Below, one piece after another: positions 26,330 to 39,749 of a stretch of DNA of 64,000 nt. The stretch covers positions 32,180,001 to 32,244,000 of the forward strand of contig CM052818.1 of assembly GCA_028534125.1 (NCBI GenBank), in the 5' to 3' direction. Origin of the DNA: Lama glama (lineage: Eukaryota). The position numbers and the translations under genes are program-made. How positions within the stretch are numbered: position 1 is the first letter of the stretch; each line of letters begins with the position of its first letter. The notes beneath the pieces were generated by a model. That model was not told where the DNA came from. It was given only the letters and a program-made list of their open reading frames with translations, and ran no database searches.

Positions 26330-26580
26330 AGGAATAGTTATTTGGTGCTTACTCTGTGGTGCTGAGCATTGTTCCAAGTCCCTTCCATATGTCATCACAC
26401 TTAACATTATGCTTACACCACTCAGTGAGGGAGGCACTTTAATTACCTGCATTTTACAGTGAGGAAGCTGAAGCTCAGGAGGGTTAAGTAACTCACCTAG
26501 AGTCACACAGCGGTACAGCAGACTAGATTTGAACCCAAATAGTCCAGCTTCATGGTCCACACTCCCAGTCACTCTACATG
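26330..26580 (-). mobile_element. MIR SINE
   Basis: 'cattttacagtgaggaagctgaagctcaggagggttaagtaactcacctagagtcacacagc...gatttgaaccca'. Confidence 0.85.
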
Positions 26581-29284
26581 GGCTTCCCTAACCCCAATAA
26601 TTAAGAATACATTATGATTTATGTGTGATGATTAAGGCCTCAGCCCACAGAAGAAGCACATTTTGGAGAGCAGGCAGCCCTGAGAACAGGAACTGGAAAG
26701 CCATATGCCTGGCCCTGCCAAAGTTCATAGAAAGTGCATCCAGGGGACGTGATCTCAGCTTCCTGTTTCCTGAAGCTCTGTTCCATCCAGTCCCCCACAC
26801 CTGCAGGTATCAGGTCTCTCTCTGCTGTGAGGAGGCAGAATCAGGCGATAGAATCATCGGCTCTTCTAGTTGTAATGGAAAAAGTTTAGGTAATCAGTGC
26901 TGACAACACATGAGTAGAGAAACACCATGACCTGCATCATCGCCTAGGTCAGCCTTGCATTCACTCCAGGCCTCAGAGTAAACCTCCTGGTTTTTCAGTA
27001 CCTGTTCTGCTTCTAAGTTTTCTTTTTTCCTTTTCGTTTTGTTTATAGCGCCACACTCACATGTCTAGCTGAACTACTTCCTTTTAGAACAGACATGCAT
27101 TCATTTATGGTTCAAAGCCTTAGTTTAGAGCTGATCAGATGTGGGATTTCACATTTAAAAGGCTTTATAAAATCCGTACACAAATTTGGTGCAGTGCCTA
27201 TTCCTGAGAGGATCTTACATCACTGAGCTCTGAGGGGAGAGTTCCCGCTGCTTTCACATTACTGATAGCTCTCCCTCTGCCGATGGGGGCGTCTGGGACA
27301 AGAAGGGGAGGGGCCACAAGGAAAGCCACAGCTTTCTGAGCAGGCTGAGCCCAGGCATGAGAACTACCACTGCCAGTAGCCTGGATATTTCTTGAGACTG
27401 TTCACCCAAAAGCACCAGGTCACCTGAGGTCTGGGGCCTTTCTCAGTCCCACAGGGCAGCTTTACTCAAATGACCGGCTAGCAGTGGGCCTCTGAGGAGA
27501 GAGCCCTGTGCTGTGCGGTGCTGTTTCCTCCTTGGCGCCGCTGCGCCACTCGGGCTCTCAGTTCATCTGAGGAGGTGTGAGGGAGAAGCCAGGGCTAAGT
27601 GTTTATTCAGTGTTGCGCTGTTAGTTCTGTGGAATGTTCCTTGAAGTCTTTGAGGATGATAATCTCAGTGACTCTCCCTGGGTGTTAATTAAGTCCCAAA
27701 GTGGAGCAAATAAAGACACTGAGGAGAGAACTGACAGGTGAATACTACAGGCTGTTAATCCCTGGCTTCAAACCCTTCCATGAACCCCTGTCCAGCCCTG
27801 GGCTCCTTGTGAGGGTAGCACTGACCCTGACCTGGCCCCGCCCTCTTGAGCCTGGCTCACCCCCATCTTTTGGACCCATACTTCATTTATATCGAACTAC
27901 TCACAGTTCCCCCAAGGGAAGCAAGTGTTTCAAGCCCTCGTTCCCATCCCCTGCAAACACACACTCCTCCCTGACCACCAAGTACAATCTTTTCCCTCTT
28001 TTAAGAATGAATCTCTTAGCTCCTCTTCCGTCAAGCCTTTCTGAGACCCCAGACCCTCTCCAAGCAGTGTTGATTGCACCATCCTTTGCACCGACTTCCG
28101 TTGCCTGCTCTGCATCCCCACCAGAGCTCTCCACGCTGCACCACATCTGTTCTCACCAAATAGGCTCCCTGAGAATAGGGATGGGCATTATTTATCATTG
28201 TGTCTCCAGTGCCCGGGACAGTGCCCGACTCACAGTATACATACAAGAAATGCTTGTTAAATGAACAGACTCTCAAAGTAATTGAACCATGAACTCTTCA
28301 GGAACTTGAGATTTAAGGGGGGGAAGTGCATTTAGAAAGCTTGTGACCAAAATTCTACCTCTATCCTCTATAACAACTTATTCCTCTTACCCGACCCCAG
28401 ATTTATTGACTGTCCTCCGCCTGTGTTATCTCCATCTGTAGCCCTAACCACCCCACACTGCTAAGCAAGTGCTGCCATACATTAGCCTTGGAAATAAGTG
28501 GTTCCAGTATTTTTTGATTATCCTCTCTGTGATTCTTTTAGCCACTCAGGTTTTTTGGGTAACTTCCTATATATTTTTCTGAATGTTTCCTAATCTTCCA
28601 AAGAGACTTCTACTTGGTATTTTCCCCCCAGTTTCTCCCTTTTCTTAGTTTACTACTAATCTTTACTTCTCACTTAAGCACACTGGCTCCTGGTTTTTAT
28701 TTTTAATCTTTTCTCACAAACTAGGAAGGATCCTGACTGCATTCTTTTCAACTGTTTCTTAAATATTCCCTGCATTATTCTGTTTTTCTCTCAGGACTAC
28801 CTTTCCTCCCCGATTACATGAAAGTCTATTCGTTATTCTATTGGACGTTGACCTGAACGCCTCAGAAGACTCCTTTTTCTTGGGCTTTCCAAACTGGTCA
28901 CTTTCCCTAGGGAGACCCTTGGTGCCCACTGGGTCAGCCTCTCAATAGACCTAGATGATTTCCATTTCTAAAACCCCCCACTTGTCTATCAGCTTTCTTG
29001 ATTAACCTTCTGCCACCTTGTCTAACTTGTCCAACTGGCCTCTGGGATTTGGGGAACCAGTGCAGCAGGGTCATTGTGTATGGAATGTGACCAGGAAATG
29101 TGATTGGCAAAGCTAGAGTCCAGATGGAAAGAAAAACTCTCACATTTCACTGGATGTTCATGGACCACGGGGTCCTTGGCCTTTCTTCTGTGGCTACCTC
29201 TCCAAGTTCACATTCCCACTTAACTGTTTTTGCTAAGATGGGTTAAAGGTATGTCTAGCTAGCAGAAATTGGAAAACATTTCCG

Positions 29285-30130
29285 TCATAGAATTATCAAG
29301 CATCAAAGAACCTTAAGAGTAATTGAATTCAACCCCTTTACCACCAGTGCAAGGGGCCTTTTCCAAAGCCCATCTGACTTCAGTTCTCATGGCTCCAGCC
29401 GGCAGGATGCTCAGCATCCTGCACGGCAGATCACCCCACCGTGGGGCAGCGTGAGCTGCTAGAGAGCTAGCTAATGTCCCACTGGCTTTGTAACCTTGGA
29501 AAGTTATTGACTGTCTCTTAAAAGTTACTTAATTTCTTCAAGCCTCTGGTGTCTCATCCATAAAAATGGGAATAGTAATACGTACCTTGTAGAATCTTCA
29601 TGAAGTTTATTGCTTTTATGTATTGAGTGTTTACCACGTTCTAGGCACTAAGGCTAAGATTGCATTTAATACCACAATTTGCCTATGAAGTAGTTTTATG
29701 ATAATGTATACAAGACACCTGGGATCATTTGGGCAGACAATACACGTTAGGCCCTTCTCCTGTTTCACCATTATCTGGTTGATCCTCTCTTTCTCCTCTG
29801 AAATCGCATAGAATGAACCTACTTTTTCCTAACAAGGCAGTTTTTCATTTGAGGATAGTTTTCATGTCTCTTCTTAACTTTTTGCCCCAGGCTAAACAAT
29901 TTTAGTTTCTTGTATAGCATATTTTCCAGAGCGACGTTCCTCCAATGTAATCTTACTAGTGAAGGGGTGAGGGGCTTTTGCTTCAGTCATCTGGAAACCC
30001 CCACCCAACCATGTAGGGTAAACTTGGCTCACTCTTCCACCAGCTGCATCTGCTGTTTCAAACCCAGACACCCTAAAGTTGACACCATTAGGAATCAGGG
30101 ATGCTGCCAGAGCATTCCATCAAAATCACA
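29285..30130 (-). mobile_element. L3/CR1 LINE fragments with an intervening MIR
   Basis: CR1-like 3' 'atagaattatcaagcatcaaagaaccttaagagtaattgaattcaacccc' and 'ccccaggctaaacaat'. MIR core at about 29490-29610. Confidence 0.5.
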
Positions 30131-33054
30131 TCTTAGACTATTCATATCATTTTTTTTCCAACGGAGAATCCTCAGTGTTTCTCTTCCAAGCAAAGAGGCG
30201 TTTCTTATTTACTGTTGACATTCCCCAAAATGTCTGATTCAAAAAAGAAATTAAATTCTGGCCCCTGCTTTCACGTCATCTCGCTTTGTTTGTCATCCTT
30301 GTGGTCTGCCAGCTTTGCCCCTTTGTTCCCCTAATTGCCAGAGACATTTTTATACTGAGTAAATTGCATCAGGCTCACTGCAAAATGAATCAATTTGGAA
30401 AGAGTATGAGCTGCACTGTTGTCTTAAGTGTGCATTAACATTTAGATGCGTTATTTAAAACAGGTCTGGGGTTAGTGCCAGGGAGACAGCCTCATGACTA
30501 TTCTGACTCATTCCTTGCTGCCGGACTTCACAGAAGGGAACTAGGGAACCCTGTAACCCGTCACCAGCCCTGCTTTATTTTCCATCCCTCTAGGGAAGGC
30601 TTGAACTAGGTGAAATCTTTTAAGAGCTCAGATTTGGGAACTTGATTGACAAACTCAGTTTGACTTGGTGATCTCAGAGCGAAACCCAGCCGGGAGTAGG
30701 AGACGACGGGAGGAGAGTGTCTCTTGCTCTCATCATCCATCAGACACACACACAACATCTAGGTTTAAGCACAAATCAGGCAGCCAGAAGTCCTTGGCGA
30801 TAAAATAGAGCACACACAAAGAAACAAAGGACATCAGCTAAGCCTCTCTAGTGTAAAAATTAAACAGTGCTCTGGAACCAGTGTAGAAGAAAAGCTGCAT
30901 CCAGATGATCATGTGGTGATTTGATGAGCTAATTCTTTTATCATCGAGGAGTCAGGTAATATCTCCATTAGTAGCAGAAAGTTTAAAAATTGGAGAGAGT
31001 GGCAATACCAGGACAATTGCCTGATTTATGCTTTTTCAATCACCTGGGCTCATGGCCTAAACTGGTAATGGACTCCATCCATCAAAAAATTATCCCATCT
31101 GGCATCCTGGTTTCTGAAGAAATTTGGACGTCCTCATAGAGAATTGGCTAAATGATATAATGTTTGTGAAAGCCTTTAGCACAGTTCCTCAGTGAAAGGT
31201 GGTTGAATCTATTCAGTCTATTTTCATTTTATGTTCAGAGATACGATGGTGCATTAGATAAATAAAATATCCATTGTATAATGCCATAATTAAGATCTTA
31301 AAGCCTTAGGTGCTCAACTATGAGGATTGTAAAGAAAGCATCTTCTCAGGGAGATCTGCCCGGACATCTCTGTCCTTGTGTGTCCCTTCTCTCTTAGCCT
31401 CAAAGTCCTTTGTAAGTAACAGCTCCAATCTCATGGAAAACCACAACTATGCATTTCTGCCGTTTCTCTCAGTAGAGCCCCAACTTCATGCAGATGTAAC
31501 TGGGCTTTAATTTTGGTGTCTACAAAGTTCAAGACACTGTCTAACACAGAGTAGGTAGTTGATAAATATTTGTTGACTGAGAAATATTTCCAAATAGAAC
31601 TCAGTAATATTGTCATGCTGATTTCTGAGCATGAGTAGATGATAAGGAAGAGTATCTCATTCCTTTGTGCTAAGCAGGCCAAAAACAGTAGACTCTCTGA
31701 CCAGACATAGAAAACAGTGCGTGAAGACCACTGCTACCACTTGTATAGCATTTACTACATGGCAAGCATTGTTCCAAGAGCCTTTACCTATATTTACCTA
31801 TTTAATCTTCACCATAGTTCTGTGGGGTAACACATCATTATTAGCCCATTTTATGGATGAAGATGCTGGACTTGCCCACAGTCCCACTAATAATGATCAG
31901 AGCTGGGATTTGAACCCACAGGGTCTCACTCCAGAGCCCATGACCACCATATTGTATGAGATGACCGCTCCAAAAGAAACGTGAAGAAGGGTCTCCACCC
32001 CCCCTCACAGGAGAGTTCACAGGTGGCCCTGTCCGTTGACATGTCAGGTGGATAGGGACAAACAACCATGAGAAGAGACTGCTCCGCATGAAATAGCCCC
32101 TCCACCACCTACCCAGGGACACACCACTCCCTGCAGGGTGGAGAAGTGGGCGCCTTAATTCAGCTACCCTTAGGGCCTGGGAGGAGGATGCTATGCAAAG
32201 CCTAACCTGTGGTGCTGCCCTTTGGGAAAGATGAGAACCAAACAAACACATGCTTTTGGTGGGAGCAGGAAAGAAGTCTCCTGCAAAGCCCAGTGTCCTG
32301 AGGATGTGAGTGGGGAAGGAGAGGGGAAGATGGGTCAGATCTGCACTCTAATCAAGTCTCCAGCAGTGCACTTAGTCATTTCCTTCTATTTATAGGCAAA
32401 ATTTAATAACAAACCACTAAGGGGGAAGGATGCATACAAAATGTCTTATCGGATAAACTGAGGCAGGATGGAAATAAGGAAGTCAGCATGCGTTCTGCCA
32501 TGTGGGAAGTCATGCTGAGCTGGGACCTACTCCAGCTCTCTTACTGCCTGCACTCCCACTGAAATCACCAGACCCTGCTCTCCTCAGCTCTGCTCAGTCA
32601 GGCTTGAACTGGCTGTTCCCATGTGTGAATAGGATTTCCAAAAGCTCTAGAGGAAAAGTGACAAAAATCTCTCTCTTTTCCAGTTGACTTATGAAAATGT
32701 CTTCCTCTAATTGAACTTTCCCCTCTTGCTAATGCCTTTGATATCAGCACTTAATTGCTTTTAAACAGGAAGCCGCTGTGATCAGAGAATTCAGAGTTAC
32801 ATCTGCATCTTTTGTACTGAAACTCTTTTACCATACTCTTCTAAAGCTGGTTACAGGTTGATTTTGATGAGAGCAGTGTCAGTCTCAGCTATAATTAATT
32901 GCCTGCTTTCATGACTAGGGAAAGAAAATTATTTATTGATTCCTGATTCAAAAAGAAAATCAACAAACGTGTTTCCCACAACCACATGATTCCATTCTGA
33001 TCCTGGTCTTGGTGAGATCTTGCCCCCTGGCCCACCCCCACCCCTCTTTCTCTT

Positions 33055-34045
33055 TGTCTTCATTCATTCATTCATCTATTCACTAAATACTTATCTCAAT
33101 AAGTATTCCTCTGCTGCATGCAGGGAAATGTACTAGATGGTGGGGAAAAAGCTGAGAACAAGCAGGAACAATTGCTGTCCTTATGAATCTTGCATTCTAG
33201 AAGTGAAAATAAACATTACGTTACTAATTACATGTATAATCGTGCAGTTACCATAGTGATACATGATGGAGTGTAGACTTTAATGAGCTCTTAGAAGAGG
33301 GGACCTGACCCTGGCCAAGGGATCAGAGGAGCCTTCTGGAGGAAGTGGCATTTCAACAGAAGTCTGAAGAAAGAGCAGTAATATGACAAGTGACAAGACT
33401 CTTTCTGGGAGTGGGAACAGCATATGAAAACCTTGAAGGTGAGATATTTTTAAAGAATTCAAGGAAAACTGATGCATCTGGGCCTGAAAGTAAAGAGAGA
33501 CCTTACTGGGGGAAAGTATGAGGAGAAAAATGGGCAGAGAAGGGGTCAGGCACATTTAGGATCACAACCTTTATCTTAAGAGCCGAGGAAAGCTGATACA
33601 GAGTTTAAAGGATAGGACTGTGAGTGAACTAGAGGTAAGGCAGGAGTGTATGCAGATCTCAGACCTTTGCAGCTGTCCAGAGGACAAGAAAGGTAGTCCT
33701 GTAATCAGAAAGCGAGGTACAGAGAGACGTGAACAGGCTTGTTCATATCTGTGTACAAGGTACAATGGACAAGATTAGTGACAGACTGGGTACAGGTAGG
33801 AGAGAAAGGAAGGTATTTTGCCTTGACCAATCATTTGGATGGATGGAGGCATTCACTAAAACAAGCAAAAATGAAGGAGGCACATGTAAAGAGAGGCAAG
33901 TAGAAATTTTAGTTTGGAGATGGAGTTTTTAGAATTTTATAAACATCCAAATGGATATGCAGGTGGACATGGGGCTCTGGAGCTCAGAGAAAAAATCTGG
34001 GAGTTGTTGGCATGTTGGCATGACTTTGGAGCCAATGAGAATGCA
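33055..34045 (-). mobile_element. L2 LINE 3' region
   Basis: (TTCA)n tail 'ttcattcattcattcatc', 'gatcagaggagccttctggaggaagtggcattt', 'ctggagctcagagaaaaaatctggg'. Confidence 0.85.
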
Positions 34046-34057
34046 TTAAAATGCTTA

Positions 34058-34385
34058 GGAAATTAACTGGTAATGAATCATAGACCTAAACGTAAAATCT
34101 AAAACTATAAAATTTCTGGAAGAAAAGATAGAGAAAATTTCAGCAAACTTGGATAAGCAAAGATTTCCTAGCACATGAAAAGAAGGCATAAACTATAAAA
34201 CAAAATATTGATTAGTTGGAATTTATCGAAATTAAAAACTTTTGCTCTTCAAAGGATTCTATTTAAAAGAAATTAAAAAACCAAATCACAGAATAGGAGA
34301 AAATATTTGAGATTATATATATATAATAAGTCAAAGGACTTTAATAGACACTACACAAAAGAAGATATACAGATGGCCATTAAGA
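34058..34385 (+). mobile_element. L1 ORF2 fragment
   Basis: 'atcatagacctaaacgtaaaatctaaaactataaaatttctggaagaaaa' and 'aaattaaaaacttttgctcttcaaagg'. Confidence 0.85.
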
Positions 34386-36276
34386 GATGTGGAAGTGGGT
34401 GTGCACGTGTAGGCAGTTAGCTTGGAGCTGGTGAGAAGTGGCTGCTGGAGGGACAGAGGAATCAAGGCCACTTATTTGTGTCCCACTGGCCCTTGGTCTG
34501 ACTGGCAAGTCAGGATGGAGCCCCTGATTCATGAATTGCCTCCCTCATGACAGCTTCCCAGGAGACTTCAGCCCCCTCTGTTCTCTTTTTTTTTCCAACT
34601 CCATACAACTAACTAAACTAAATGATACTCCAGTGTCCCGTCCCACCAGATAATGCCTGTAGGTTGCGATACTCAATTCTTTGTTTCCTTAGTCTGTCAG
34701 CTGCCAGTGCTATCTTTGTTCGTAAATTGTTTTGTGTAAGTGTTTCTGATTTCCCCAAACAGGACTGTTCTTACTGTCCTTTTGCTACTAGTTACTGAGT
34801 TTTTTCTATAAGTTAAGTACTTTATAAATATTGTACATATTGAATACTTGTAAAATTCTATAAAGTAAATACTACTAACTTCAGTTTACAGGGAAGACAC
34901 TGAGGCTAAGGGAAATTAAGTAACTTCTAAAGCAGTAGAACTGGGATTTGAACTTGGGTCTTTGTGAGTTCTGAGTTCTCAGTTCTTTTGGAGTTCTAAA
35001 GCCTGTTCTTAAGCACTGTAGACATAGCCTCCTTCCAGCTGGGGCCATTTTATACTTATTTTGCACACCTTTGTAACTGATAAGGTACTAAGCACATGAC
35101 AGGTGCTAAACAAATAGTGATTTATTCATTTATTGATTCCCTCAACTAATATTTTTATGCTTTGAAATAGCAACCACTTGCTACCAGGGACTCTTAAAGG
35201 GGTCTTAAGAATGTCAGTTATTAGGTGTACTTCATCCTTGCCAGAGCAGATGAAGAAATTAATTAAAGGAGCCCCAGGCTTTTTGTCACTGCCCAAGTAG
35301 GAGAAGAAAAAGGCACATCGGCTTCCCTCTCTCTGCTCACCCCAGCTGCCTTTCCACCTCTCCTTCAAGAGAAGCCACAGGAATGTCAGGGAATTGACTG
35401 GTCACGTTGGCCCAGACCCAGTGTAGGAACTTCCGTTACACCCATGACCCTATAGGGAAACTTGGAGCGGGGAGTGGTGACTGAAGCCACTGCTTGGTCT
35501 TTCTTCTTCTGATTGCAAAGGGACAAATACTAAACGTGAAAACAAACAGATAACAATTACCTTGCAAGTAAAGCCCCCTCGAGTATCCATTTCCCGCCCC
35601 TACCACTACCTTCTTTCTTCCTGGCTCTCTGAAGCCCAAAAAAGTCTTACCTAAAACGTTTTCTTAGTTATTGTAAAATGCGTTCTATTAGAGATATATT
35701 GGAACTAGATTCCAATTATATGACCTTGATTTTTGCACAATTTAGGGTGAGCCACTTTTCTTTGATGAATCAGTGCAGGGATAAGAATTCATTTATGAAT
35801 TTTTCCAAGGATCATGAGGACCCAGAGTGAGATACTTACCTCAACGGTAGAAAGGCTTTTTCTTCCACATTTCAGACTTTATATTCAGTGAAAAGCATGC
35901 GAATAGGTGAGACTGAAAGGGATTGTACAAGTAAGTACAGAAAGCTTTTGCTGATCTAATTTACTCTTAAAACAGCCTTCTCCATGGTTGAAGGAATCCC
36001 TGTTCTCTTTAAAGTCTTTCTATCTTGGCTGCGTTTTTTAAAAATGAGTTTCCTTTAATGTATCAGGGGAAACCAGGGATGTGGTGAAGATGCTTCAGTG
36101 AGAGAGGAAACTGCAGTCAGTAATGCTGGGAAAGGTCACAGCGAGAATTGTTATGTAAATATTGAATACCCCAAATTTGCTACAAGTTGCTTATAAACAT
36201 TCACAAAATTCAGTGCCCTTTTCCTCTAGAAGTTTTCATTGTAAGGAAGCCTCCCACACATCGCCATTGACACATT

Positions 36277-36277
<1 letters not shown>

Positions 36278-36319
<42 letters not shown>
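36278..36319. repeat. (GT)21 microsatellite
   Basis: Uninterrupted GT dinucleotide run. Confidence 0.97.
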
Positions 36320-36322
<3 letters not shown>

Positions 36323-36529
36323 AGGAACAAGTGTCTTTTTATAGCATGACTTAAGTATCCCTCTTTCCTGACCGTTCACACGTGGTGGTACCTGCACACA
36401 CTACTCACATCCCACTTCCACTACTGGATCTGAATCACCAAGAGAGGAGGAGCCTGGGAATCTCTTTAATAATACACCCCCGATGACTCCCATGGCTGGG
36501 CAAGCGTGGGAGACAGGAATGAGATAGTT

Positions 36530-36672
36530 TGTTGTGTGTAAGAACCACCCAGAAATCTAGTTAAATCCAGATTCTGTTTCAATAGGTCAGGGATGGAGCT
36601 GAAAATCTACATTTGTAACAAGTTCCCAGGCGATGCTAATTCTGCTACAAGCACTTTGCTTATTAGCAAGGG
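36530..36672. mobile_element. MER5A-like hAT MITE
   Basis: 'cagattctgtttcaataggtcagggatggagctgaaaatctacatttgtaacaagttcccaggcgatgct'. Confidence 0.75.
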
Positions 36673-37384
36673 TCTAAAGGAAAGGCATCCGAACGTCCAC
36701 ACATATGCATTAATTGGGACTGGAGGTGAGAATAATTAGAGGGACCGAGTGCACCTTCTGCTCTCCTTGCTCACCTGGTGAGTGATGGTAGGAATGATTC
36801 TCAGTTCTTGAGAAAGTCAGCAAGGCCCTGCAGGGTGGCTGTTTCTCAGTACACTTACCAAGTTGTAGATCAGACCTTCAGTTTTTCCAGGCCAGCTCTG
36901 CTCAGGGTTGGGGCAAACCACACTCCTAAAAGACACGTTTAAGTCATATATGCTAATTTTTAAATGTCCAATAAAACATATAATGATTGGTGAGAAACCT
37001 CTCTGGCCAACAAATATGTTCTCTGCCTACGGGCAGATCCACATGGACAGCTAAAACCTCCAATTATAATTAGCAGGTGGCTTGGCAGGCAGGCCTGCAG
37101 AAGCATTAGCTGAGTGATTTCAGTGGCCTTTACTCTACCATGGGACACACCTCAAGTCATGACTCAGTCTTTCCTTCCTGCTTGCCTTTCCTTCTTCTAT
37201 TCTGAGAAATTCTTGCTTCTCTTGAAGTGTTTGGGTTCCATGCATTCCTTCATCCCTCAAACAGGAAGCCCGTCTAAGCCCCAGGTACTGTGCCTGGCGC
37301 TCAAGTCACAGAAAGTGAAAATTGAACCTTACCCCTCCTGACTTGCATTTGGAAGCCATTCTGTCTCTTACTTTAAGAAAAATA

Positions 37385-38025
37385 ATTTTTAATTAAAAAT
37401 TTAATAGTGGTAAAATACACATAAAATTTACCATCTAAAGTATTTTTAAATGCAGTTTAGTTGTGTTAAGTACAATTACATTATTGTGCAACCACCACTA
37501 CTATACATCTCCAGAATTTTTCAAATTCTGTATCCATTAAACAACAACTCCCCATTCCCCCTACCCCTAGTCTCTGGCAACCACTATTCTACTTTTGGTG
37601 TCTATGAATTTCACTGCTCTAGTTACTTCATATAGGTAGAATCATATAGTATTTGTTCTTTTGTGACTGACTGACTTCACTTAGCTTAATGTCCTCAAGG
37701 TTCATCCATGATGTAGCATGTGTCAGAATTTTCTTCCTTTTAAGGCTAAATAATATTCCATAGCATCTGTAAACCACATTTTGTTAATCCATTTATCTGT
37801 CAATGGATGTTGTTTCTATATTTTGGCTGTAGTGAATAATACTGCTATGGACATGTGTGTACATATATATCTTTGAGACCTGCTTTCAGTTCTTTTGAGT
37901 ATATACCCAGAAGTGGAATTGCTGGATTACGTGGTAATTCTATTTCTAATTTTCTGAGGAACCACCCATTCTATTGCCATAGTGGTTGCACCATTTTACA
38001 TCAACAGTTCACAGGGTTCCAATAT
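37385..38025 (-). mobile_element. L1 (L1MA/MB-like) 3' end, antisense
   Basis: 'tggtaaaatacacataaaattttaccatc', 'ctggcaaccactattctac', 'aatgtcctcaaggttcatccatgatgtagcatgtgtcagaatt', 'tatatacccagaagtggaattgctggat'. Confidence 0.92.
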
Positions 38026-39749
38026 CCTAGCCAATACTTCTGCCTCTTACTTCAGGTAACTTCCTTAGCTACAAGTTGGGCCATTGCCCCAATGTCCCAT
38101 CCAAATAACTCTCTCAGTCTTTCCTGCCCCCTCCAAATCCTGCTCAATCTTTAAAGCCAAGTCCCATGTTTTCTGAAAAGTCTGACATTAGCCTCTGATG
38201 AACTCACCTTGTCTATATCTGAGACCACTGCTGGTTTCCCTTGGTGAGTATCTTGTTCTCTGATCACCTCCTGTTACTCCAAGTCATGTTCTATGTCCCT
38301 TGGTTTTCACCTAGCAGTGAAAGCAATTAGTATTTGTTGTAACTTATTTGATAGAATAATATAAGAAAAGCAAGAAGTGTGCAGACTGGAAAAGAGATCA
38401 AATGCCCAAAGCTTGATTCCTGATCTGAGAAATCTATCCGTGGAGAAAAGAGACCAGTCTTGTTACCCCAGAACAGTCTCTGGTGGAGATTTACAAGAGC
38501 CTCTGCACAGACACTTCCCCTGACCACCCTCACCTGGAGAGCACTGACCCTAAACATCATCAGTTGAGGAGAGATGCTTCTCAGAGAGGACAGGCTCTGG
38601 GAGGGCTAACCACGAATTGTAGCAAACCAGAATTCATTATTTCAGGGGGATCACATAGGAGTCCATGTGAGCCTTATTACAATGTCTGCAGCCGTTTACG
38701 TTACACAAAGGCCAGGTTTTCTTCCATATCCATTCACCTCGTGGTGGATGCCAGCAAACAGTCCCAGTGGGGCCGCTGCCGGGCACCAAACCAAACCAAT
38801 GTTCCTTTTTTTCTGCAATTACTCTACTCCCTTTTGAGTCTGAAATCCTCTTGACCTTTCATTGTGTTCCCTTTAGGGATGCTATAGAAACCCTGCCTTA
38901 TGTTATAGAAAGAGCTGAGGAGTGCTGGAGTTGGCCTCTTGGAATGATGATTTCTCTGCCATCACATGAATGCTCTGATGTGTGGCATGGCCTCTGCTGC
39001 CCATGGCTTGCCCTGCACCCATTTATCGGCATGAAGTAACTCCCTGAAGCCCAGCCACCACAGATGGCATAGGTAGCAGAGGGCCCAATGTCCTTTCAAG
39101 ATTTTTGGCCCAGAACAGAATTCCAGTCATGTCAGGAGTGCCTGACCCAACACAGAGCTCCTCCCAAGCTCCCCAGAACCAGAGGGAACTCTAGCAGGAA
39201 GGAGACTTTTAGGACATTTAATACAACTTCCAGCTGGTATTTGAAGCTTCTGCCAAGCGGTTGGCAGTTTATTTGAGCTTTTGTGACAGGGAACTCACTG
39301 CCCTCAAAACAGTTCAAGTATCTCTAGACAGCATTTTTGTTCTGGAGCTGATGATGCCCCAAGAGTCTGCTGAGAAGGATCTGACTTATACCCAGGGAGC
39401 AGCCCCTCCCCGGCTCTGGTAACAGCAGGTCCTTGAACACCCTTTCCCCTCCTGATAGCCCTGGGGAGTTCTGCTGAGGATTGTGTGAGGCCTGGGTCCC
39501 CAGATGGTTAGAAAACTGCCATCAGGGTGTACCACCCAATAGGGAATTAATCAGCCTTCCTGCCCTGAGAGCCACAGAGCAGCCCAGCTGCTCCCAAGTT
39601 ATGCCCCATTGAGAGGCCCCAGAGGTTTTGGAGTTACTCTCAGCCCACCTGGCTTCTGTTACTGTGGTCCAATTACTAGCCACTCCCAGATGGGAACACA
39701 TTTTCCTTCATAATCCTAGCAGCTGGACACCTGGGATGTCAGCAGACTA

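Noticed and set aside
27701..28264. 187-aa ORF on the + strand
   Set aside because: Non-ATG start, Pro/Ser/Leu-rich, 3' part runs through an L2 tail, no homology recognised.
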